From an uncultured Candidatus Bathyarchaeia archaeon (lineage in GTDB: Archaea; Thermoproteota; Bathyarchaeia; Bathyarchaeales; WUQV01), in assembly GCA_964403145.1 (NCBI GenBank), contig CAYOFB010000001.1, positions 1-40,473 on the forward strand: a stretch of DNA of 40,473 bases, written 5' to 3'. The notes beneath the pieces are model-generated. The model was given only the letters and a program-made list of their open reading frames with translations. It was not told where the DNA came from and searched no databases. Shown here piece after piece: positions 1-8,922 of the stretch. The number at the start of each line of letters is the position of its first letter. Position 1 is the first letter of the stretch. A program made the position numbers and the translations under genes.

Positions 1-253
1 TCTATGGTTAAGTCAATTGTAGGATGTTCATCTAGGGTTGTTAATGGTATTCCATGTTCTATTGCTAGGTAGAATGCTTGAGTTGAGGTTGGTATGCCTA
101 AAACTTCAATTTCTTCTTCTCGTATTTTTCGCCCTATTTCGGCTATTGCATAGGCGGCTGTGCTTCCGCTTCCAAGCCCTACTACGAAGCCGTCCTTAAC
201 ATGCTTCACTGCTTCTAGAGCAGCTATTTTTTTCGCTCTCTCTTTCCAATCAT
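1..253 (-). CDS. rpiA: ribose-5-phosphate isomerase A, N-terminal part (gene runs off the left edge)
   Basis: Absent from the ORF track because there is no stop in the window. Manual translation from ATG 253-251: [84 protein letters not shown]. The GLGSGST loop, IPTS and IDLxID motifs are typical of RpiA. Confidence 0.75.
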
Positions 254-255
254 TT

Positions 256-957
256 TTAGGCTTCAACTTCCATTTGCCCCAACCTAGCCAAAACTCTTTC
301 AATTTCAGCTTTAATTTCCTCTATTCTTCTTTCAGCCTCACTCTTTCTGCCCTCTTTTTCTTTCTTTTCCTTTTTCTTTCTTTTCCTTCTGGTTGTCGGC
401 TTCTTCGGAGTTTTCTTTTCGGCTGGTGCTGGGGGAATTATTTCAAGAGGTTTTATTTCTTTAACTGGTGCAACTTGAACTTTTGTTCTCAGTTCCTCTA
501 TCTTTCTGTTTAATTCATCAAATCTTTCGTTAAAAAGCTTGATTAAATCTTCCTGCATAGCTTCTAATTCATGTAAAGCAACAACCGACTGGTTTTTCTC
601 TATTGCCTCCTTTACGCTAAGCATTCTATCTCTATAATGGGATAGAAGCCTATCTCTTTCCGTTTCTGAAATCTTTCCTTCCGCATGCGCCTCATATAAT
701 TTGCGTATAGCATCGCTCAGAATCTCCCTCTCAAGCTCAAGTATTCTAAGCTCTTCTCTAGCCTTTTCCGCTTGATTTGGGCTTATACTACGGCTAATCC
801 TAAAAGATTGAAAGTCAAGTTTTCCAATTTCAGAAACTTCCGGTTCAGAAACAACTTCTTTTTTACCTTTCACTCTTAGAATGAGAAATATGAAAATGAA
901 AACTGCGGCTGCGCTTGCAGTGAGTAAAGCAACCATCAAAGTAGTAGTAGAATCCAC
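256..957 (-). CDS. single-pass membrane protein with a long coiled coil and a K/E/R-rich tail, function unknown
   Basis: 233-aa ORF. Hydrophobic N-terminus ([21 protein letters not shown]), then heptad-like E/K/L/R-rich sequence. The TAA stop lies 2 nt upstream of the rpiA ATG. The antisense ORF 160-513 is low-complexity. Confidence 0.55.
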   Translation of the reverse strand: MDSTTTLMVALLTASAAAVFIFIFLILRVKGKKEVVSEPEVSEIGKLDFQSFRISRSISPNQAEKAREELRILELEREILSDAIRKLYEAHAEGKISETERDRLLSHYRDRMLSVKEAIEKNQSVVALHELEAMQEDLIKLFNERFDELNRKIEELRTKVQVAPVKEIKPLEIIPPAPAEKKTPKKPTTRRKRKKKEKKEKEGRKSEAERRIEEIKAEIERVLARLGQMEVEA

Positions 958-1053
958 TCAAGTCCCCCGTTCAGATTCAAGTTTCCATAATCTACTATAT
1001 AAATTTGAGTTAAATGACTGTAGACTAGATACTAACGAGTGTAAGAAATTCTT

Positions 1054-1131
1054 TGGAGCCCCGGGCGGGATTTGAACCCGCGACCTGCGGCTTACGAGGC
1101 CGCTGCTATAACCGGGCTTAGCTACCGGGGC
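1054..1131 (-). tRNA. tRNA-Thr: tRNA-Thr, anticodon CGU, 3' CCA encoded
   Basis: The reverse complement folds as a cloverleaf: GCCCCGG-TA-GCTA-AGCCCGGTTA-TAGC-A-GCGGC-CTCGTAA-GCCGC-AGGTC-GCGGG-TTCAAAT-CCCGC-CCGGGGC-T-CCA. All four stems are perfectly paired, with U33 and A37 flanking CGT. An AT-rich TATA-like box (AATATTTATG) sits about 15-24 nt upstream. Confidence 0.92.
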
Positions 1132-1201
1132 TACTGCCTAAAATGCATAAATATTCTCCTTCTTAAATAGGTTAAGCCGATATTGTTAGGGTTGATAAGC
1201 T

Positions 1202-2191
1202 TTGATTGAGGGGCTCACTGAAAGGGAAATTATAAAGTTGATTCTATCAAAGATTGAAGAGGCTCCGCGGATGAGTATACCCTTTGGCGATGATGTTTCC
1301 GCTGTGGAAATTGGAAATAATCTTGTGGCCGTTTTGAAGACGGATATGCTTGTGGCTGCAACTGATGTTCCGCCTAAAATGAGTTTTTGGCAAGCTGCGA
1401 GGAAGGCGGTTGTGATGAATGTTAGTGATTTTGCGGCGAAAGGAGTAAAGCCTGAAGCATTGTTAGTTTCGCTTGGGATTCCAGGTAAACTTGCAAGAAA
1501 AGATGCGATTGAGCAGATTGCTGAAGGCTTAAATGCTGGAGCCCGCGAGTATGGAGCCTACATCCTCGGCGGAGACACAAATGAGGCTTGCGACCTGATA
1601 ATTGCATGTATGCTTTATGGCATTGCAGAAAAGAATAAGATTGTAGGCAGAGCTGGAGCCAAGCCGGGCGACATTGTTGCCGTTACTGGGCTGTTTGGAA
1701 AAACCGCGGCTGGCTTGAAAATGCTGCTTGAAGGATTAGAAGCAGAAGAGCCTATTAGAGAAAGGCTTGTTGATTCTGTTTTAATGCCTAAAGCTAGGCT
1801 GAAAGAAGGGCTTGCATTAGCCGAAATAGGCGCAGCCTCAGCCTCCATCGACTCAAGCGATGGCCTAGCATGGAGCCTATACGAATTCTCTAAGGCCAGC
1901 AACGTAGGCTTTGAAATAGATAGTGTTCCGCTGGCTCCAGAAGCCGAAAAATTCGCAAAACTGCATAAACTAGACCCTATCGAATTGTGTTTTTATGGAG
2001 GGGAAGAGTATGAGCTTGTCGTTACAATAAAGCCTAAACTTTGGAGAAAAGCCCAAAAGGCGGTTCGAAATGTTGGCGGAAAACTTATCAAAATTGGAAG
2101 AGTTATCGAAAAAAGGGAGATCTACCTAAGAGTTAAGGATAAAATTATTCGGATAGAGGCTCGCGGTTGGGAACACTTTAGGAGAAAATGA
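1202..2191 (+). CDS. thiL: thiamine-monophosphate kinase (AIR-synthase-related fold)
   Basis: 329 aa, TTG start. IPFGDDVSAV...KTDMLV...NVSDFAAKG and GGDTN motifs match the ThiL/PurM-like ATP-binding family. Size fits archaeal ThiL. Confidence 0.8.
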   Translation: MIEGLTEREIIKLILSKIEEAPRMSIPFGDDVSAVEIGNNLVAVLKTDMLVAATDVPPKMSFWQAARKAVVMNVSDFAAKGVKPEALLVSLGIPGKLARKDAIEQIAEGLNAGAREYGAYILGGDTNEACDLIIACMLYGIAEKNKIVGRAGAKPGDIVAVTGLFGKTAAGLKMLLEGLEAEEPIRERLVDSVLMPKARLKEGLALAEIGAASASIDSSDGLAWSLYEFSKASNVGFEIDSVPLAPEAEKFAKLHKLDPIELCFYGGEEYELVVTIKPKLWRKAQKAVRNVGGKLIKIGRVIEKREIYLRVKDKIIRIEARGWEHFRRK

Positions 2192-2198
2192 TTGGAAA

Positions 2199-2477
2199 AT
2201 GGTTGAATCTTATGATGTTGGAAGCATTCCATGTAAAGCGGGCCGCAAAGAACTTTCTGAAATGTTTCAAGCATACGAAAAGGGAGATTCTCAGCTTTCA
2301 AATCGCTTAGAAAAATTAATTGTGGAATCATTTCTGGACAAGGTTCTGGCTGGCATAGATATTCCAAATTATCCGCAATTCCGCGACATGAACGAAATGT
2401 TCCTGTAAATAATCGATAGAATAGAAAGAATAAGGAAAGGCTACGTAGAAACTGGAAGCTTATGTTTAAAAGAGTAG
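2199..2477 (+). pseudogene. remnant of a cobalamin-independent methionine-synthase (MetE C-terminal domain)-like gene
   Basis: A 69-aa ORF (..DVGSIP..AGIDIPNYPQFRDMNEMFL) resembles only the N-terminus of roughly 300-aa archaeal MetE-like proteins. It stops at TAA 2406-2408. The same frame stays open for 22 more protein-like codons (IIDRIERIRKGYVETGSLCLKE) to TAG 2475-2477. The next gene starts at 2529, so most of the gene is missing. Confidence 0.4.
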
Positions 2478-2528
2478 CCAGCGTAGTAAAACAATTTTAG
2501 TAAAAAGACAGCACATAATAGCATTAGA

Positions 2529-3581
2529 ATGAGTATTCAAAAAGCAACTGTCCGCGAAGCCATCCTATATGAGAAGCTTAAAAATGACAAGGTTAGATGC
2601 CTTCTTTGTGAAAGAAGATGCGTAATATCGCCTGGCGCGAAAGGCTACTGTAAGACTAGAATAAATGTTGGGGGTAGGCTTTACACGCTTGTTTATGGAG
2701 ATTTAAGCGCCCTTGAAAGCCGTCCAATTGAAATTAAGCCTTTCTTTCATTATTGGCCTGGCTCAACGGCCCTAACCTTTTCAACTTGGTCATGCAACTT
2801 CAGGTGCGTTTGGTGCCAAAACTTTCACTTATCAACGGTTGAGCCGAATCCAGCTTCAGTCAGCTACTCTCCGCCGGAAAAAATAGTTGAACTTGCCTTA
2901 AAATTCGGCGATGAGGGATTATGCGCAAGCTTTCAAGAACCTACGCTGCTGACTGAATGGGCAATAAACCTGTTCAAAATTGGGAGGGCTAAGGGGCTTT
3001 ACTGCTGTTATGTTTCCAATGGCTACATGACAACTGAGGCTTTAAGGCTTTTGAAAGAGGCTGGCTTAGACGGGCTCAAAATCGACCTGAAGGGAGACGC
3101 TGAAACCTATAGGCGTTATTGTGGCGGAACAGACGTGGAAAAGGTATGGAGAAACGCTAGACAAGCGAAAAACATGGGGATTCACGTTGAAATTGTAAAT
3201 TTGGTGGTTACTGGAGTAAATGACAGCCAAGAATGCCTAGAATGGATTATTGAAAGGCATTTAAAGGAGGTTGGACCCGAAACTCCGCTTCATTTCACAC
3301 GTTATTTTCCAGCCTACAAATTTAGTAATCCACCGACAAAAATTGAAATCTTAGAAAGAGCCTACGAAATGGCTAGGAAAAGCGGAGTATTATATCCTTA
3401 CATTGGAAATGTTGCCGGACATAAATACGAGAACACCTACTGTCCAAACTGTAATGCGGTTCTTGTTAAAAGGTTCGGATGGCAAATTGTGGACTATCGC
3501 ATAACCGAAGAGAAGAAATGTCCCAAATGCGGATTTAAAATTCCAATAACCGGAAAATACATTAGAAAGAGAAGACTCTAA
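2529..3581 (+). CDS. AmmeMemoRadiSam-system radical SAM enzyme (PFL-activase-like)
   Basis: 350 aa. CNFRCVWCQN is a CxxxCxxC radical-SAM cluster motif. It also has an N-terminal CLLCERRCVI..GYCKTR cysteine cluster and a C-terminal CPNC..CPKCG zinc ribbon, the typical family layout. Confidence 0.8.
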   Translation: MSIQKATVREAILYEKLKNDKVRCLLCERRCVISPGAKGYCKTRINVGGRLYTLVYGDLSALESRPIEIKPFFHYWPGSTALTFSTWSCNFRCVWCQNFHLSTVEPNPASVSYSPPEKIVELALKFGDEGLCASFQEPTLLTEWAINLFKIGRAKGLYCCYVSNGYMTTEALRLLKEAGLDGLKIDLKGDAETYRRYCGGTDVEKVWRNARQAKNMGIHVEIVNLVVTGVNDSQECLEWIIERHLKEVGPETPLHFTRYFPAYKFSNPPTKIEILERAYEMARKSGVLYPYIGNVAGHKYENTYCPNCNAVLVKRFGWQIVDYRITEEKKCPKCGFKIPITGKYIRKRRL

Positions 3582-4513
3582 ATTCCAAGCTCACGCAGAA
3601 GCTCGCAAACCTTGCATATTTCGCCTGGGGTTGGCTCGCCGCAGATTTTACATTCTTTAAGCTCCTTCTCAGCCAAGCCTTCAAGAGCCGGCCTTATCCT
3701 CTCAATTGAGCGGAAAATGGTATATTTCATTCCTGGATGTTTCTCTTCAAGCCTATTTAGGATTATGCGTATTTCGCTTCTTAGGGCTTGCGGCGCATAC
3801 GGGCATGGATGACTTTGAAACTCGATATTTTTTAGGTAAGCGTAGAAGGCTATTTCTCTCTCTGGAATTTCGCAGAACGGCTTAACCCGCCTAACAAGCT
3901 TTTCATGAACTTCTTCTGTGACTGGCTTGGCCCTTGCCAGCCTTAAAGGGTCTCCATGCAAAATGTTTAGCAGTATGGTCTGAACTTCGTCGTCTAGGCT
4001 GTGGGCTGTTGCAAGCTTGTCGGCGTCCACTTCGCGGGCGGCAATGTTTAGGGCTCTTCTTCTTAGGACTCCACAATAAGCGCATGGAGAAAGCTCCGCT
4101 TCATGCTTCTTCATTAGTTCAACTATTTCGTCAAGCTTGTAGCCGAAAAGCTCTTTAAAAGAAACTATGTGATGCTCTACGCCTAGTTTTTCACAGTTTT
4201 TCTTGGCTATTTTTAGGGCTTCATCCCTATAACCCTTAATTCCTTCATCTACCGTAACGGCTACGAGAGTTGATTTTGGAAATTCCCGCTCGATTTTTTC
4301 TAGTACATAAAGCAGTGAAGTGCTGTCTTTCCCGCCTGAAACCGCAACCGCGATTCTGTCGTCAAACTCGAACATTTCATATTTGGATATTGTATTGCGA
4401 GTCTTATCTTCGATAGATTCTATGAAGCATTTTCTGCATAGCCTCTCGCCAGAGTATGGCCTAAAATACACTGGTTCTCTACGCTTGCATACGGTGCAGA
4501 CATTGGATTTCAT
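3578..4513 (-). CDS. PP-loop ATPase, tRNA 2-thiolation enzyme of the TtuA/Ncs6(NcsA) family
   Basis: 311 aa. SGGKDS PP-loop, N-terminal CTVC..CRKC and C-terminal CKICGEP..CKVC zinc fingers. The TAG stop overlaps the convergent radical-SAM gene stop by 4 nt. Confidence 0.8.
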   Translation of the reverse strand: MKSNVCTVCKRREPVYFRPYSGERLCRKCFIESIEDKTRNTISKYEMFEFDDRIAVAVSGGKDSTSLLYVLEKIEREFPKSTLVAVTVDEGIKGYRDEALKIAKKNCEKLGVEHHIVSFKELFGYKLDEIVELMKKHEAELSPCAYCGVLRRRALNIAAREVDADKLATAHSLDDEVQTILLNILHGDPLRLARAKPVTEEVHEKLVRRVKPFCEIPEREIAFYAYLKNIEFQSHPCPYAPQALRSEIRIILNRLEEKHPGMKYTIFRSIERIRPALEGLAEKELKECKICGEPTPGEICKVCELLRELGI

Positions 4514-4590
4514 TGCTTCTCATTTTCTGGTTTGACGCTTAACTAAAAAATATACCGTTTAACTATTTAGTCTCGGAGGAAAAGCTCAAG

Positions 4591-4911
4591 TTGACATACA
4601 TACTCGTCATGATAACCACCTCTAGCAGGGAAGAAGCGGAAAAAATAGCCATAGCACTCCTAGAGAAAAAGCTTATTGCATGTGCAAATATTTTCGGGCC
4701 AGTATCCTCCCGCTTTTGGTAGCAGGGCAAAATCGATGAGGCTGAGGAATATATTGTCTTCATGAAAACCGAGGAAAGGCTTTTCGAGGAAGTCGCCAAG
4801 CATATTAAACGGCTGCACAGTTATGAAATCCCGGAAATAATCGCTTTGCCCATAGTTAAGGGGTCTAAGCCCTATCTTGAGTGGATAAGCAACAATCTGG
4901 CTGGCGAGTGA
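4591..4911 (+). pseudogene. cutA: CutA divalent-cation-tolerance protein homolog interrupted by an in-frame TAG
   Basis: Manual translation from TTG 4591 (GGAGGA 10 nt upstream): LTYILVMITTSSREEAEKIAIALLEKKLIACANIFGPVSSRFW*QGKIDEAEEYIVFMKTEERLFEEVAKHIKRLHSYEIPEIIALPIVKGSKPYLEWISNNLAGE. TAG 4720-4722 sits where CutA proteins have the second Trp of the YWW.GKI motif. TGA stop at 4909-4911. Confidence 0.75.
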
Positions 4912-4917
4912 AAGAAT

Positions 4918-5631
4918 TTGGCTAAAAAACCTGTTAGGCGAGCGGAAAGAATTCATGTAATTTATGATGAGAAACGATGGAGTCTGCTGCAAAAGTTTAG
5001 GAGGAAAGCAGAGGAAATTATGGAGGCTCTTGAAAGCTTTAATCTGTCATGCATTGTTCATGGAAGCATAGCCAGAGGAGACGTAACGGAAAAAAGCGAT
5101 ATAGATATCTTCATTCCATCGCCGCCCTCCTCATTCATGGTTGAAACAGCCCTCGAACAAGCCGGAATACCAATCAACAGAAGGACAATTGTTCAAGCAA
5201 CACCAAGCTATGCCATAAAAGCCTACATAGAAATCGAAGAAAACATAAGCGTTTCATTCCCCCTCGTTAAGCTTAGACCTTTAGAAAGGGACTTTTATAG
5301 GTTTGGCGGCGAAATCGACTTAAAAATGCTTAGAGAAAACGTCAGAGTCCCAGGTGTAGATAAGAGGCTTATGCTTATAGAACCGACAACAGACGGCCAC
5401 ATTGAAAGTTCAATTATAGGCAGAGAAGAGCAAGTGGCAAAGCTGCTTGGAGTCTCAGCGGACATTGTCTGGGACCGCGTCAACGCATTAACCCGCAGAG
5501 ACGAAATTGGGCGGACAGGAGTTTTCCTAGAAAGAGAACTCCTGCCTGAAGAAAGCTTCGAGCTTGTTTTAAAGAGAATCGCGGACAAGAATCCTGCTGT
5601 TAGAAGACGAATGAGAATTTCCGAAAAATAG
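4918..5631 (+). CDS. Pol-beta-superfamily nucleotidyltransferase domain protein
   Basis: 237 aa, TTG start. HGSIARGDVTEKSDIDIF matches the GS-x9-12-DxD minimal NTase signature. TAG stop. Confidence 0.65.
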   Translation: MAKKPVRRAERIHVIYDEKRWSLLQKFRRKAEEIMEALESFNLSCIVHGSIARGDVTEKSDIDIFIPSPPSSFMVETALEQAGIPINRRTIVQATPSYAIKAYIEIEENISVSFPLVKLRPLERDFYRFGGEIDLKMLRENVRVPGVDKRLMLIEPTTDGHIESSIIGREEQVAKLLGVSADIVWDRVNALTRRDEIGRTGVFLERELLPEESFELVLKRIADKNPAVRRRMRISEK

Positions 5632-5633
5632 CC

Positions 5634-6602
5634 TTAAAAGAAGTCTAGAAGCGACATGTAAAATTTCTCGCCGTAAACCTCTCCGAAGCTGGCTTTAGCT
5701 AGTTCCTTCACCATTAATAAGTCATAGCTTCTAGTTTCTATTAAATATCCGAGTTTCTTGTAAGCGTTAAGAACATTTTTGTCCAATATGACTGAATCGT
5801 AAATTACTGAAACTGCCCTCTTTTCTATGCTGTGAATCAGATTTCTTGCTTCGGCATCTTCTAATGCAATAATCTCAAGTATTCGGGTTGACGGGTAAAT
5901 GGTGTCTCTATCCTCTTTGAAAATGCAGTATCCCTTTTCGCTTTCAATCACCATTCCCGGATTTATCTCATAATATTTCCGCAGCAATTCGAAACGCTTT
6001 CTATCTCGAATGACAAAGCCAGTCTTATTTACAGCAAATTTGTTGTAGATTGTAACTTTTTTATCCCAGTTAATCTCTCTTTTCCCGTTTTTCTCTTTCC
6101 TTTGCATACTTCTGCCTTTTATTACTTTTTGCGCACTTGAGAATTCTGTCGCATCTTTATAGCCTAACTTTCGATAAAATTGATAGGCTATTATGGTGTT
6201 CGCCGTTAATAGAAATGAGAATCTATAGGCCCTTTCACAAAAATATTCGTGAGCTCTTTCCATTAGTTCCGTTGAGATTCCTCTTCTCGTGTGGCTTGGA
6301 AGGGTTGCGACGCCCCATATGCCGCCGACAGCCTCTATCTCATTATTCAAATTTTTGGTTTTTAAATCCATGACGCCGATAAAGCTTACCACTTTACTGT
6401 TCTCCACCGCGCAGAATCCTATTGGAGAGTTCTTGTAGTGAGGGTCTATTTTGGCCATTTCTTCGAATCTTTGCGGGTTAAACGGCCAGCTGAAGGCTAG
6501 ACGCATGATTGGGAGTATGCTTTCCTTTTCTTTATCAGAAAGTTCTCTGTAGGAAACTATTTTCAATATGCTTTTCCCTTCACTAAATGAAGTGTAAGGC
6601 AT
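5634..6602 (-). CDS. GNAT-family N-acetyltransferase with a C-terminal extension
   Basis: 322 aa. VATLPSHTRRGISTELMERA fits the acetyl-CoA-binding R/QxxGxG/A motif, followed by YRKLGY, typical of the GNAT motif A/B region. Confidence 0.65.
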   Translation of the reverse strand: MPYTSFSEGKSILKIVSYRELSDKEKESILPIMRLAFSWPFNPQRFEEMAKIDPHYKNSPIGFCAVENSKVVSFIGVMDLKTKNLNNEIEAVGGIWGVATLPSHTRRGISTELMERAHEYFCERAYRFSFLLTANTIIAYQFYRKLGYKDATEFSSAQKVIKGRSMQRKEKNGKREINWDKKVTIYNKFAVNKTGFVIRDRKRFELLRKYYEINPGMVIESEKGYCIFKEDRDTIYPSTRILEIIALEDAEARNLIHSIEKRAVSVIYDSVILDKNVLNAYKKLGYLIETRSYDLLMVKELAKASFGEVYGEKFYMSLLDFF

Positions 6603-6643
6603 ATAATTTTAACTATTTTGCATACACGAAAATTTTCTTGGCC

Positions 6644-7720
6644 TTATTGTATTGGAAATCTGAGTATGGCAGCTATTCCTCCGATGGAAGCAAGTTTTTC
6701 GCCGGCTTCATGTTCCGCACTTATTATGATTATTTTTCCGCCCTTCTCTTCAACTTCCTTCATTAGGTTTTCAAGTTCCAGCCTTTCCTCGTCCGTTGCT
6801 TCTCTAAGTCTAATGTCTGTTAGGACCAGTTTTTCTATCGCACCGTAGCTGTTTGCAAGTTTGACCTCTTCTAGGCCGTAGGCTACTGGCTGATTTTTAC
6901 CGAGCCTTTCAAGAATTTCTTCTACTGCCTTGGTTTCCTCTACTATTCTAACATGCTCTAGGGCCTTAACAAGTATTCCGGAGCGTAGAGCCTCTTTTAT
7001 TCCAGCTAACCCGCTGTTATTCACGCTTTTCACATCTATTATTGACTTGGCAATTTCCGGCGCCTTATCTCGCACATACTCTACAAAGCCGTTCTTGATG
7101 AAGCCTACACCCAGAACAACTATCTTGTTTTTCTCCTCTTTCCAAACCTCGTTCAGCGAGTTCAACGCTTTCTTATAGAAGGCTTTAAGGGCCTCCTCCC
7201 TCCTTCCGGCCTGACGTTTGCTTGGAAGCATAACTGACTCTTCAACCTTCACGTCTAAGCCGTATTGCCTAAGCGTAGCTATACAGTAGCCCTCATCATC
7301 TATTGATAAAAGAATTATAGCTGGCGCCGCAGCTTGACTTGCTCTCTCAAGCCTTTCCAAATGATGCATATGCCATTTCGGCTTAACTATTGTTAATGGC
7401 TTGTTGACCGTTATGTTCAGCGTGTGGTGACTCCCCAATCCTATTAGGTCTTCTGGCGCGTGACAAATAATCCCATGAACCCTAAGCCTATTCAATGTTT
7501 TGTTCCAACTTACTCGCTGAACCTTCACTCCGAGGAAGACTGAGACTCTCCGAGGTTTTTGCGGTCTGCTATATTCGGTTGTTTGCTTTATTTCACGGGT
7601 TGTTTGCATGTAAACCTCATCGTTTGGATAAATTATGTTGTATAGATGCCATAAATCGTCTAAGCTCTCCGGAATCAGCTTAGCTATACCCTTCTTCAAG
7701 TCGATTTCAAGTATCTTCAA
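6644..7720 (-). CDS. pelA: archaeal Pelota (Dom34) mRNA-surveillance / ribosome-rescue factor
   Basis: 358 aa. N-terminal MKILE..DLWHLYNII, central eRF1-like domain and C-terminal GG..AILRF end, all characteristic of aPelota. Confidence 0.85.
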   Translation of the reverse strand: MKILEIDLKKGIAKLIPESLDDLWHLYNIIYPNDEVYMQTTREIKQTTEYSRPQKPRRVSVFLGVKVQRVSWNKTLNRLRVHGIICHAPEDLIGLGSHHTLNITVNKPLTIVKPKWHMHHLERLERASQAAAPAIILLSIDDEGYCIATLRQYGLDVKVEESVMLPSKRQAGRREEALKAFYKKALNSLNEVWKEEKNKIVVLGVGFIKNGFVEYVRDKAPEIAKSIIDVKSVNNSGLAGIKEALRSGILVKALEHVRIVEETKAVEEILERLGKNQPVAYGLEEVKLANSYGAIEKLVLTDIRLREATDEERLELENLMKEVEEKGGKIIIISAEHEAGEKLASIGGIAAILRFPIQ

Positions 7721-7931
7721 AACCGTCGCTCTTCCATTACCTACCTAACTACACAATGAATTAGAAAACATTAAAAATGTATTGTTCATTTAGAACACAA
7801 TTTTCAGCTTCATAAACTCAGCAGATGCCCAATGCAATGCGTCTACTGATATAAATAAAGAACATACTTATTCGCACTCAACTGTCAAATTCGATTTAAC
7901 GACTTAGGAAGTAAAAGTGAAAAATAAATAT

Positions 7932-8018
7932 GGGGGTACTAGGGTAATCCAAATTGTTGCCGGGGTAGCCTATTCTCAGCGCTTCCTGGCGATATCCCCC
8001 GCAAACCCCCTTATTTTT
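7932..8018 (+). ncRNA. candidate small structured RNA or att-site remnant at the core/island boundary
   Basis: A GC-rich 80-nt patch in an otherwise AT-rich spacer. GGGGG 7932-7936 can pair with CCCCC 8006-8010, CGGGG 7961-7965 with CCCCG 7997-8001, and GCC 7968-7970 with GGC 7988-7990. It is followed directly by a T-run (TTATTTTTT), an archaeal terminator-like signal. No family recognised. Confidence 0.2.
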
Positions 8019-8199
8019 TAAGTTGATTATCTTTAATTGCAGAAATACGAAATTCTGAATATTTATAGCACGCAACGTGTGAGATGCTGGGATAGCACGC
8101 GCATTCGTGTTTCCTCTAATAGACATTGTTAGTAATACGAAGAAAAAATGAAAAATAGTGATAAATTGTTCTGTCTTGTAATGCTAGAATTGTAATAAG

Positions 8200-8922
8200 G
8201 TGATTAAATATAAAATGAAGGTTCACGAAACTGTACGAAAACTCAAAGAGCTTTATCCTAGATTTAAAGAAGAAGCTACGGAATATCTGAATAAGGCTCG
8301 AAAAATCGAAACAATGTTAGGTCCTGGAACAGCCATTTGTTATTGTTGGTTCTATTCTGTACCTCAAAGATGGACAGCACTGGAGCCAAGAATTATGAAA
8401 CTTGCTGAAGAGACAGAGTACTTTAATTTGGAGAGAATTCTGAAACTAAGGTACAGCGAACTGAAATGTTTATTTAACGGCATCGTCTTTCATAACATTA
8501 TTTCATTACAATTTAGGAGATTCTGCGGTGCAATTGCCAAAATTTATGAATCTTGGGAGAAATTTGGGAAAATACTTAAAGAAAAAGACATCGTTGCTCT
8601 TTTTCGTGAACTAAGAAACGAAAGTAACATCAGGCTAACATTCAAGAACTTATCTGCCATGAAAATTATTGTCGGACAAGATGATAATCTGTTAATACCC
8701 GATACTCACGTAGGCAATTTCCTGGGGTTAACATTTAGAGAAATAACTATGTGCAGACAAGATCCAAAAGCTTTTCTGGCGCTAATAGATCAATGCCACT
8801 TAATAACTAGAGAACTAAAAGTTTTAGGTCTTAAAGATATCTCAACTGCCAAGTGGTCATTAGCAGTATGGTTCAGCAAGTCCAAAACTTCTGCCTCTCA
8901 ATTACTGCCCTGCATTCAGTAA
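8200..8922 (+). CDS. hypothetical protein; weak resemblance to HhH-GPD-type DNA glycosylases
   Basis: 240 aa (GTG 8200, or ATG 8215). KNLSAMKIIVG-x8-LIPDTHVGNF resembles the helix plus catalytic-Asp segment (xVDTHVxR) of EndoIII/Mig/AGOG-type enzymes, but the Gly hairpin is absent. Its stop abuts the convergent MTase stop with no spacer. Confidence 0.3.
   Translation: MIKYKMKVHETVRKLKELYPRFKEEATEYLNKARKIETMLGPGTAICYCWFYSVPQRWTALEPRIMKLAEETEYFNLERILKLRYSELKCLFNGIVFHNIISLQFRRFCGAIAKIYESWEKFGKILKEKDIVALFRELRNESNIRLTFKNLSAMKIIVGQDDNLLIPDTHVGNFLGLTFREITMCRQDPKAFLALIDQCHLITRELKVLGLKDISTAKWSLAVWFSKSKTSASQLLPCIQ

Noticed and set aside
160-513. A 117-aa plus-strand ORF at the left end
   Set aside because: F/L/S-rich low-complexity product. 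It is antisense to the K/E-rich tail of ORF 256-957 and to the rpiA start.
4720-4722. The in-frame TAG in cutA as evidence for pyrrolysine or genome-wide amber recoding
   Set aside because: TAG is used as an ordinary terminator by neighbouring well-conserved genes (the TtuA/Ncs6-like gene at 3578-3580 and the nucleotidyltransferase at 5629-5631). No pyl genes are visible in the window.
7896-8126. A 76-aa minus-strand ORF in the pelota-island spacer
   Set aside because: There is no plausible start context and the peptide looks odd. It spans the GC-rich foldable patch and the repeated motifs, which are better treated as non-coding elements.
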